64,000 nt of DNA from Diadema antillarum. Lineage: Eukaryota. The position numbers and the translations under genes are program-made. Below the pieces are notes generated by a model. It was not told the DNA's origin and searched no databases. It was given only the letters and a program-made list of their open reading frames with translations. How positions within the stretch are numbered: position 1 is the stretch's first letter; each line of letters opens with the position of its first letter. The DNA lies in the NCBI RefSeq assembly GCF_040938485.1, contig NW_027271254.1, positions 124,001 through 188,000 on the forward strand, written 5' to 3'. Below are positions 27,028 to 37,902 of the stretch, one piece after another.

Positions 27028-27218
27028 ACATGACGGAGGATGACGTGCGGAAATACGAGGAGCGCTTGCAGGCCGAGACGAACCGCAAGGTGAACCAGGG
27101 CATGCGCCCCGCCCCGAGCCGCACCCCGAGCCGTGACTCCGCCTCCGACGCGGCGGACGACGACGAATTTGCCGACGCTGTGGAAGACCAGAGTGACCTG
27201 GCCAAGGGCGGGTCATGA
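27028..27218 (+). CDS. PITPNC1: PITPNC1 last coding exon (DMTEDDVRKYEERLQAETNRKVNQG...DDDEFADAVEDQSDLAKGGS*)
   Basis: CAG acceptor. Phase-1 G plus AC gives Asp, continuing W-x-D-M-T..D.R.YE. TGA stop at 27216-27218. The six exons total 582 nt in one frame. Confidence 0.94.
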
Positions 27219-29852
27219 TGAAGGTGGATCGTCGGCGGAACGTCGAGGGGACGCTGCTTGGTCTCTGTCACACGAACGATAAATGATGAGCGAGCCACGG
27301 GGCAAATTTCCTCCATTAGAGAAAGCATCAGACCACCACACCCAATCTTTCATTCGTCATAGTGGAGGAGCATCCAGTGCATGATTGCATACACCCCAGT
27401 GCAGTGCACTAGGGGTGTAGTTTTGGTCCCGTGTACTGCGACATTGTAGAGTAGGATTTCTATTGCCATTATCATCAAGGGGGGGGGGGGGGGATAATCA
27501 TTCAGTAGTGATTTTTAGGTCTCAAATCTTTCCAGTGCTTAAATCCTGAGAGAAAGCCGCTGATATTGTCACTGTACCATGATGGTTGGGATGGACATTA
27601 TGTTCCAACGTAGCTATTGAGCAGTAATCCAGTCAACTGTCTTGGTCTTTATGGTGTAAATTTGCAGTTGTTATAATGCAATGAAAACTTGCTCGAACCC
27701 AACATTGGACATTGTATTGACCAGTTTCAAATTCCAGTCCTCTAAATCAAGTCCCTGTGGTTTTTCACAAGCAAAATAGTAGACAACTGGTACATTTCAA
27801 CCGTGTTCATATGAATTGTTTTGGAGGGATAATGTCCATTTATATAAAAAGACAGAGAATTTTGCTACATTGTTGCATTTATTTTGATAACAGCTTATGT
27901 AAGTATTCCATTTCTTTGCTGACTTCTAGGCGACATTTGTACAAACCATCCTTTAAAAAAGATATTTACCTGTACAATCCTTGGGAAGTATATATATGTG
28001 TCATGTGTACTTAATGGTTTTAAAGTGTTCTAATGTACAAATTTTAGTTGCACTTAATGTCTGTATAATGCTGAAAGATGATTATTTATTTTCTTCTTTT
28101 TTTTAATAGTTGTTCCAAATGATATATAGAGCAGCAGAGGAATTAAACTTACAAAATGTGCTGCAAATAGTTTTAATCATTGTGTGTATTTGAGGAGTTA
28201 AAGAAAAGAAATATAAGTCAAAATCTTTGACGCTTTTGGCATGCCTATTGGTGGTCCAAGGTGCATGCAAGACTAAAAAATTAGCTCTAGAAAGCTGGAA
28301 CGTTGGAAGTTGTCAACAGGGAAAAAGATAGAAGTGTGTGCTGCCAGTGATGATTTCATTACAGCCACCAAAGGATTTGACCGACGGCAACGTCCTGACA
28401 TTCACACGAGAATAGTTGTTCTTTTACTCCTTGTGCTGGAGCAAGTTTTGATGACTGGTGAATCTGGGAGAATTCTGTGAATTCACATCACTGCTAAATT
28501 ACCAAAACGTGATGGTGGTTTGAGTTGTGCAGTGTAGTTGACAGTTTACAGTAATTAATTGGCAGAATACCTCCTCAGCTGCAAGAGATTCTGCTGAAAC
28601 TCGCGAAAGTTCGTAAATGAGGACCACTGCGAGCAAGCAATGAGGTCAAAGGTGACATGGAAAGGAGTGACAGTATTTCGAAAGGACGTTTGCATCTCTG
28701 TCGAGGCAATACACTCACGAGGCGATGGCAGACTTTGGTGAATGATTGAAACGAGATTGACAGGGTCTCCGAAATAAATCTATTTATCGTTCTCATTTAT
28801 TGATGGTATCAATTTACGGTCTGCAACCTGTTGCATTCTTCGCAAAGCAATATGAAATTCTGTATCTGCAAAGGGAAAGATTTGTGTACATTTATGTGTG
28901 TCTGTGTGTGTGTGTGTAGTGTGTGTGCGTGTGTATGTGTGTGTGTGAGAGAAACAGAGTTCATGTATGTGTGTGTGAATATATGTTTGATGGAGGGAGG
29001 GGGAAGGGAGATAGGAAAGAAAGAGGAGCTTGTACGTTGTAGGAGAGAGCAAAGTAGAAAATTATTTTATTACTAGGTAAAACAGTCATTATTCTCTCTC
29101 ATTTATTCACTTTCCCCTCAAGAATGTTTCATCACCAGTTTGATCATTATATTTCAATAAAATGCCAGTAGGAGTTGAATTTCAAACAAATATATTAAGT
29201 TAAATCAATTAGCATGGTTACCTAAAATTTAGTTGATTTAAACATCTACTTGTTTTTATATTTGAATTTCATATAAAAAGAATATCCAAACAATACTCAT
29301 GTCTGAGGAGCTGTATGTATTGTACCTGCAGTTTGCTTTTATACACATCACTACATTTGCCAGGAGCTGTGTCCTGAAAGTGGTAGGTAATGTATTTGTC
29401 TTGAACTGGCAACAAAGAATAGAATTATACCATTCTTTTTATTTCACTTGACCATATTCATCAGTTGCCTGCTTGAATATGGCGCAGAATTACACCCATA
29501 ATAGAGTTTTGAATGATAATGAAGATGAAAGTCTATATTTGTCTCATTTTAAACAAAGGCCAAAATATTTTCACATCACTGTGTAGAGATAACATTGCAT
29601 TTTAAATTTGCACCTCATCTATTTCAACATGTTGATATGAATTTCATTTGTGCTCCATGCTTATATTTTTACATGTTACTGCAGGAAATTCAAATGAAAT
29701 TGAGTATTAAAGAAAACACATAGCTACCTGCTTTTCTTTTTTCCTCACAGTTTTGAATTGAAATGTTTGCGTGTGTCACAGAACCATTTACATTTGGTAT
29801 GTGATTAATGATTTTACAGAGCCTGGCACTATGTGATAATAACTGTACATTT

Positions 29853-30523
29853 GTGACCTGCTACGACAAAAAGATCCGAAAGTCGGGGGAGGTTGATTTT
29901 CTGAAAATGACATGACATTATTCCCTTAATCTTCTGCTTTATATTCATATATAACATGACTCATAAAAGTACTCGGTTGGGGAGATATCAATGATTTTAT
30001 GAAATTATGTCGAGTGGTCTAAGAAATCAGCATTTCGAGATAACCGCCTGAAAAGTTTTCCTTCCGACGCAATCATGTTCAAGGGGAGGTAAGACAGTTT
30101 TCACCTCTTGACAACAGAACGTATGGTCCTAGCAACGTCCGCGATGTTCACTCAAGTTTAGCGCCAGCGATCTACGCACGACCTGTCAGTAACCAGGATG
30201 CCAATCACTGACCAATAAGATCACTTCCTCGTTGCTAGGGGCGGAGTCTATCTGACACGCTAAATCCAAATCTTCGGACACGTTTCTGTTCCGTTGAAAG
30301 TCGGAAAGTCGTGGCCCAGAAAAATGCAAATTTCTTGCCTTTCCTGTGATCATTTAGCTTCAAAGTTTCGGCAGATGATAATTAGACAAAACGTTAGACT
30401 ACAAAATTATGCCAAAAACAGAAATTTGATGGTTTTGACCAATTTTGATGATCTGACTTCAAACTCAATTTTCTCGGCTCAGCCATCAGCGACTTTTGGA
30501 TCCTTTTGTTGCGGCGAGGTCAC
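29853..30523. mobile_element. ~670-bp MITE with 4-bp TSD (ATTT), copy 2, same orientation as copy 1
   Basis: GTGACCTGCTACGACAAAAAGATCC ... GGATCCTTTTGTTGCGGCGAGGTCAC; ATTT on both flanks; collinear with 25695-26359. Confidence 0.88.
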
Positions 30524-31943
30524 ATTTGTTTTGCATGCTGCCAATAATAACGTGGGGACTATTCGAGTTTTTGCTGCATCAAATTTGAATAAGAGTTGAT
30601 CAATAGCAGAACAATTCTCCTTTCCCTCACTCATTGCCATCGCTCTTAGATTTGAATTGATGAAGATTTGATTTCATCAATGAATGTGGTATTAAAAAAA
30701 GAAATGATGTGATTGGTATCTATTCTTTTGTAAACTTTGACAATATACAATGACACAAATAGCCTACTTCAAGTTCAGGCATAGTACTTTGCAGTCAATC
30801 GTAGTAAGTACTTTACAGTTCAAAGGAGGGAGTGCACATAAATATTCTCACATTTACAAAGTCTATCTGCAGCCAAGCGCATTTTCCATATATTGTAACA
30901 TACACAGTGGACCTCGGAAGGTCAGGTAATGTGTATTTATAGATAAATGGTGTATATTTTATTTGGAACTGGAACTTCATACTTGTATACTCGTATCCAT
31001 CAAAAGTGATACATGTACCATGACTTTGCTGTGATATTGATGTCAAGAGAAATTGAATCAAGACACTCGCTCTCATTCTTTCACCTTTTTTTTTGCAGTT
31101 GAATGACTAATCAAAAAAGAAAAATAGAGATAGCCACATTCTGTAAAACAGCTTGTTGTTTTTTGTCAAGCCAACTTATTCATAAAGAATCATTTTTCCC
31201 CATCATGTTGAAACTGAACTATTTTGCCAGTGATGTCGAGTAAAGGTTGTCTCCCCTCCCCCTCCCCCACGCCCCAATGAAATTAGGAAAGATGTACACT
31301 TGTCTGAATTTTGACAGTTTTTTGAGAAATGATATCACTCTAATGTCAATATGACTGTTGGACACTTTACTCTTATGTACTTGTTACACCCCTATTTAAA
31401 AAATTTTAAAATAAGATGCAAACCCCCCCCCCCCCCCAAATGCTCAAGCAGTGGATATTGGATATATCATTGGTCAGTGGATATTTCAAATTGACCAATC
31501 AGAGTGGAGCATTGGTGTTTGCTTCTGGTGGCTGTGAGAAAGGATCGAGTTCAAGTTCAGACTGCTTGGTGAAAGGCACCTAGCATGGACCAAAAAACAT
31601 TGATCATATACAATGAATCTGGCAGCTTGTTATCAATAACACTGACTAGGTAGAGGGACTCTATGACTGAACATGCTAGAGCGCCCCCACGTGGTAGGAA
31701 TAATGCAGGAAAATAGACTTAATCGACACCTCCCTGAAATATCCAATTGTAATGTGTGAGGAACAAAGTTGTCTTCAAGTTCAAGGGCCGTGCATGGTTG
31801 TGTAGCATTTGTGCTCTCATCGTAGTAAGAGATCCATGTGCACAATAAAAACAGCAATGACTTAGTAATGACTTGTGTCCATTATTCCACCTCCATACTT
31901 TTCATTGAAAACAACGACATGAATTCAGTTGTAATATATATTT

Positions 31944-32192
31944 GAGGGGGTCGGTGCAATATAGTGCTAACCCACACAATAGTCATTTTGAGATAATCGC
32001 TGTTGAATGTTTGGAAAGTCCATACATTATACATTAATAAAACATCAATGATTGCATTTTTTACCATCTTATTGGTTGAATTCAAATATGATATTTTCAC
32101 AGAGGTTAGAGTGAAGGATAAGGATTATGAAAATGCATGTAACTCAATTTTGACAAAAGTGTGGGTTAGCACTATATTGCACCGACCCCCTC
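31944..32192. mobile_element. Sola2-like MITE (GAG terminus, ATTT TSD)
   Basis: Perfect ~34-bp TIR GAGGGGGTCGGTGCAATATAGTGCTAACCCACAC; ATTT at 31940-31943 and 32193-32196. Confidence 0.85.
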
Positions 32193-32855
32193 ATTTGTAC
32201 TGAGAGTACAATGACAAAAAGTGCAACATAGATTTCACTGCTTTGGGTTTACAGGGAGCATGATTTATCATATCCGTTTCATATATCTTTGTTGTTGTTT
32301 TTTCATTGCCCACTTTTAGTTGTTTTGTCAACATTAAGTATTATTTGTGCTGTTGCCCATTTTATAGATTGAGACTATGATGCATTGTACTTCATGTTTT
32401 AGCAGATGTGTTTTATTAGGTCTTCACTTTCTGTGAGGGGATGTCTTGGGTGTATATAATGATGTATCTCCTTTATGAAGAACAAGAGAAATTATTTGTG
32501 CATTGTTTATTGAACCTTTCAAAATCTATGGAATAAAATTGAGAAATATTTCTGGAAAAAAAAGAAGAAAGATGTGTGGTTAGTATCGTGGTATTGGTTC
32601 CAAATATTGTATTCCAAATAGCAGATTGAAAGTGCTCTGTAAGGGTTTGTGCTACAAGTATATTATATGTCAATTTTTTTTTTTTTTTTTTGCAACATAC
32701 AGTGTTACTGAAAGCATTAGGACTTGCTCAGGACCATGTATGCTTATGAATGTACCTTTGTGAGACTACATTGATACACAACAGTAATACAGGAATGAAT
32801 GAAGAGATGAATATTGTGTATTTATTATATACCTGCATACATATAAAAGATAATA

Positions 32856-33778
32856 CAGTAAACCTCGGATAAGTCGACGTCGAGTGAGTCGAAAATCACT
32901 TAACTCGAAGCAAAATAAAAAGTCCCGATTTTTCCCTATGTATTTTCTCTAAGAAATATTTGGATAAGCCGAAGTACGAGAGTCGAATTTCGGCTGTGTC
33001 GAAGTAAAACATTCAGTCCCTTTTGTACAAAATACACGTAGTTTACATCACTTGAGCCGAAGAAGATTTGTCTGGCATTCTCATATTACATTTAGAGGAG
33101 AACAAAAAAATCGGCATGTCGCAGAACCCCGTCCCTGGCCTGCTGCAGGCAAGCATGCACACTCACCGTACCGCTCTGCACGCATGTCGAATACATACAC
33201 ATGTATACATGTATACACACAGCACATCGATACATATACTTTATCCATACACACAGCACATCCATACTTTATCCATGTCAAGCCAGAACTCCTTGGTCAA
33301 CCAATCGCTGCTTTAGTATTTTAGTGACAGGCCAAGTGGGCGGAGCTTGTTTGTGCGTGCCCGGCTGGCTGTATAGTTTTGTTCAATGGAGGTGGGATGG
33401 GCCTGGGAGAGTTTGTCTCAGGGTAGGTTGACAGAGATGGCTACCTATGTTGCACCATAGACATAGCACATGCACATTGCCACATTACAGTGCAGACATT
33501 CTCAGAACTACGTTTAACTACTAGTATTGATACAAATTCCATGTTCAATTTAGAACAAAAAAAGAACATTATCTTCAAGAACAGACAAATTTGAATGCAA
33601 ACACACATATGCACGCACGCACGCACACACACACACACACACATATGCATGCAAATGTACTATAATACATGTACATAACTGTGAGTCGAAAAAAATCGAC
33701 TCTCGCGAGAGTCGAATTTCACTTAAGTCGACGCATTTTCGTCAGTCCCGAGAGCTTCGACTCATGCGAGGTTTACTG
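32856..33778. mobile_element. Tc1/mariner(pogo)-like non-autonomous element, TA TSD
   Basis: TA-CAGTAAACCTCG ... CGAGGTTTACTG-TA; repeated AGTCGA subterminal motifs. Confidence 0.85.
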
Positions 33779-34119
33779 TATTTCTTTATTCTTGAATTTA
33801 CGTATTACTGTAATTACAAACAATTTACTGTATCACCTGATACATGTATATAAACTTTAATAATCAAAGCCTTAAATATTTTATTTTTAAGAAAAATTAA
33901 ATGCTCATCAGGCAGATTCTCTAGTGCTTGTATCAAAAAATAATTTATAATGATGCTTTAAATTCAAAAGTAACAGGATTGGAAGACACATCTGAAGAAA
34001 ACCACACAAAAATACTGAGTACATGTAATAAATCCTGCTGGAAGTCTTAGAACAAAAAAGAATAAACCACATCGAATTGATGATAGTGACAAATGAGATG
34101 CCCATGAAAATCATGCTGC

Positions 34120-34600
34120 CCTTTGAATATAAACGTGTATCTGAAAAGTACATGTATTTTACAGTTAAAACAGTCTTGCGTAGATTACAAGATAAACAAA
34201 CACAGCACCCGATGACATGGGACATGTAGTAAAAGAAAGTTAGAGAAGCACAACGTACACACTACTTACAAAAAGGCAACCGAAAGTTACAACGTATATT
34301 TGATACTGAACAGGTACCATTTCACCAATCAATGGACAGTACGTTTGCTCTATAAAGCAGAAATATTTTACAGGTTTCCATTTAAAATAGACTCGTGTAG
34401 ATTAAAAGATAAATACTAACTAAATAAACGTAGTAACCCCTGATCGTAAAAAAAAATGAAGGAAAAGTGAGATAGATGTAGAAGCACTAACTAAACACCA
34501 CTTAAACAAAGGCAACAAAAAGTTACAAGGTTGTACGTATTCTGATACTGAACAGTAGGTCTACAAGTTTCCCCAATCAACGGACACTTAGTTTGTTGTA
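34120..34600. repeat. Degenerate ~245-bp tandem duplication downstream of the rhodanese stop (possible 3' UTR)
   Basis: GAAGCAC...AAAGGCAAC..AAAGTTACAA...TGATACTGAACAG...CCAATCAA.GGACA occurs twice. Confidence 0.65.
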
Positions 34601-35794
34601 AAGAATACTTGTATCATGTCTCAAACGAAGTTCATGAAAACTCAAACTTTCTACCCACGAAATCCACACCGAACAGGGTATAGTGCAAGACTTGTACACG
34701 CATCAACCCGCTATCAGTGGAGTTTTGAGTTAATTACTGTTTAAAGATCTGCAATCAGCAAAATGCTGCTCTATAGCAAGGTTACTATATATAAACAATT
34801 ATAATAAAACATAGTACAAGTACATGTGTACTACAAATTGCAAATATTATAGAATAGGGGAAAACGCAAGCAATATAGTCTATATACGATGTAATCTACA
34901 CTGGATAATGAAAGGTTAAATGGGGAGAGAAGAAGCTCATAGAAAGACAAAAATAATAAAATACTGGCAAAGTGTAAGAGAAGCTAATCTTTTTTATTTT
35001 CTTTTTTTTGGGGGGGGAGGGAGGAGTTGGCACGAGTACTAAAATAACCTGCTATTCAACAGCAGATAAGCTAGACTATAGTGTAGAACACATTTTTAGT
35101 GGGTTAGGCTGCTATACCCTAGTTTGTTTTGTAATCCTCGTCTTCGTCTTTGCTTAGCGGTGATAGAATGCTTCATAGCTCTGATAGTTGATACTTGATA
35201 CATGTAGTTGATTAATATTTCTGCAAGCCTTGACCCATGTGTCAAGGTGAACGCAGCGTGTCGTGTTAAAGGACTTATGCGATGCATGTTGACTTTTATT
35301 GATTTATAATATCCTGATCACCATTCTATATGGCAAAAAAAAAAATGTCTGCACGGTTGTCATACATTTTATAATAGCTTGCTACTATCTTTCTTCGATC
35401 ACTTGGAAACGACTGCAAAAATGAAAGTCTTCCGAATCAAAATTTTGTTGGTGACATCATCTGTCAATACTGCTACTTCGAGTAAACTGTCAATTATATG
35501 ATTGAACAACAAAAGACATTGGAATGCACCTTTCCTAAACTGGATTAGCATAATTTGCATATTTTTCCACACAATGTCTTTTGCTAATCATATTAGTATT
35601 AATATTGGAAATATGCAATTATTCTCTTACGGAACGTACCCTTCGTCAAATGTTTGTATTTTCTTTTTCGAGCTGTACACTGGTAGGAAAATCACGTGAT
35701 GTTTGTATTACGTAGGAGCCAAGAACTAACTGTGGAGTCCCGCCAGAGAATACAGAATACGCAGTAGAACCGTGTTCGATTTATCCAAATCTCT

Positions 35795-36087
35795 CTACGG
35801 ATCCGGGACGATGACGACCGAGTCTTCCGGAGCTCGCTTGGAGAATTCATCCCACGATCCGTCGTAAACCGCCACGTCTTCCTTCCCCAGCACGTAGGCC
35901 GCCAGAGCCACGGTACACGCCGCGATGCCGACGAAACAAGAAGAGGCGATCGGGCGAGACAGGTCCACGCCCTGGGCCTGGAACACTTGACGCATGTCTT
36001 CGGGCGGAACTAAGCGATCATTGTCTTCTCGTATGAAACCGTCGTAGGGGACGTTTGTTGTTTGTCGGATATGGCCCAACTTCAGTC
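35795..36087 (-). CDS. Rhodanese last coding exon (GLKLGHI...VDLSRPIASSCFVGIAAC...VAVYDGSWDEF...PDP*)
   Basis: TAG acceptor with weak pyrimidine tract, phase compatible with exon 3. GHI, VDLS.P, catalytic Cys and YDGSW.E rhodanese C-terminal signature. Four exons total 933 nt = 310 aa plus stop. Confidence 0.94.
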
Positions 36088-36222
36088 CTATTCGCACCAC
36101 CACCGAGAAGAATCATATATAAAAAAGGAACAAAACAAAGGATGATAACGAATCGTCACTACGCCGGTGTGGACTACACCAAAGAATGATTACGTATTTT
36201 ATAGACAGAGGTCCGTTTGTAA

Positions 36223-36598
36223 AGGGACCGTATAGTTTTGGTTGAGACATAACTTCAGGTTTCTAACATTTTTGGGTGAGATAATGGGAAACCATGAAAG
36301 ACCATGTAATTCTAGGAGGATTCAACGTTTATTTGATGAAAATTGGTTTTGAAATGGCTGAGATATGCAAAACAGAGCGATCCGAATAAAAAAGGTGGGA
36401 CCCACCTTTTATTATAATCGCTTTGTTTTACTTTGTTTTTGGATGTCTCAGCCATTCCCAAACCGAGTTTTACCAAATAAACGTTGCATTCCTCTTATGG
36501 TATGTTCTGTACTATCTCATAAGTGTTTTCTTGGTATCTCGCAAAAAGTTAAAAGCCCAATCCTCCTCTCCACCGATACTAGGTACTCTGCCATTCCT
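36223..36598. mobile_element. Kolobok-like MITE family A, copy 2 (135 nt from the rhodanese last-exon acceptor)
   Basis: AGGGACCGTATAGTTTTGGTTGAGAC left end, shared core TTTGATGAAAATTGGTTTTGAAATGGCTGAGAT, degenerate right end. Confidence 0.8.
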
Positions 36599-37069
36599 TA
36601 AAGCTCGTGCCATTTTTCAATGTCAATTCCTTAGACATCTAATCGCAATTACGTTGACAGCATAATGAGTCAACACTTATTCTTTCAGTGTACAAAATTC
36701 GAAGTAAAACTGTTGACTTCGTTTCAATTATGTGATTTAAATGCTACAGAAATTTGACAGTGAGTATTTGGCACTCCCTGTTTAATTTCTGACAATTAAG
36801 TGTCTGATGTTGAAGATGACCTAGAGGGTGCGTGCTTTAAATGATGATGGGTGATGACACATGTCCTCTCCTCATGCTGAAATAAAACTCCTCTGTGCGG
36901 GATATTGCCTAGCTAACCCTAACTAGGGATGATCATGCAGTTCTTGAAATCGTGTTTTAGTTTCAGCGAGCATGTTAAAAAACAGAAATTAAAAGGATAA
37001 TAACTAGATTGCAATAGTTGACCATAAAGTATGATGATTGAAGAATGTTGGCTTACTTCAATATCTAAA

Positions 37070-37110
37070 AGGGATTGTATAGTTTTCGCTGGGACCTAAC
37101 TTCAGGTTTC
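37070..37110. mobile_element. Left 41 nt of a family A MITE, cut off at the LINE 3' tail
   Basis: AGGGATTGTATAGTTTTCGCTGGGACCTAACTTCAGGTTTC matches the start of the 36223 copy, then switches abruptly to the LINE tail. Confidence 0.7.
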
Positions 37111-37902
37111 AGTTCAAAGGTTCAGTTCAAAGTTTATTTCATTTTTCAACAAAAAACATATGTTTCACTTCATTTTGTAACAGAAAATAAGGTAAGTAGA
37201 ACATAGTGAAATAAAAAGAGTATAACAATTGAGGACCTAAAGTAATCATACATCGTATTGCAAGAAAGAAACATAAGTGATCAAAGCGAAATACATGTAT
37301 ACCGTTGTTTTAAATGCGAAAAATGGAGGGACCCACTAAAAAGACAGAGCTTGTAGTATGTGGGTCCCTCTGGGGAAGAACATCAACGAAAAGATCCTAA
37401 ATTGAACCGTCGTATATACAAACAGATAACAAAGTGGAAGAAGTCTGGAAGCCCACTAGAAATTAGATTAACAAATAAATACATTTACATAGACGCGAAC
37501 TAACATAAAACAGGACTAGACAGCAAGACAACTACTACAGAAAAGGTTGTAAAGGACAAAACGGGATGGACAAGACTGACGAACTGAAGACAAAATAGCA
37601 GACAAGAACGCAAACAAGAGACAGAAACAGTAACAGAACAACAGAAACAACATAAACATAAACAGCGATCTTCGGCAGAAGCATGCCGAGAGAAACAGAA
37701 GATAGTTGCTGGGGAAAGCGAAATTTTGACGCCTTGAAGAAAGACAAGAAAATAGAAAATAGAGGGATATATGAACCGAGGTAGCACACGGAGAGTCATC
37801 TACTAGACTCTATGGGTAAAAAATGGCATAGATGACAACATTGCAAACCTCTTCGAGTAGGGGACAAAGTAAACAGGTTAGTATTAAAAAAAAGCCAAAA
37901 GG

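Noticed and set aside
31681-31694. GCGCCCCCACGTGG as a CTCF insulator between the convergent genes
   Set aside because: Two mismatches at core positions, including the conserved A; equally explained as an E-box in GC-rich sequence.
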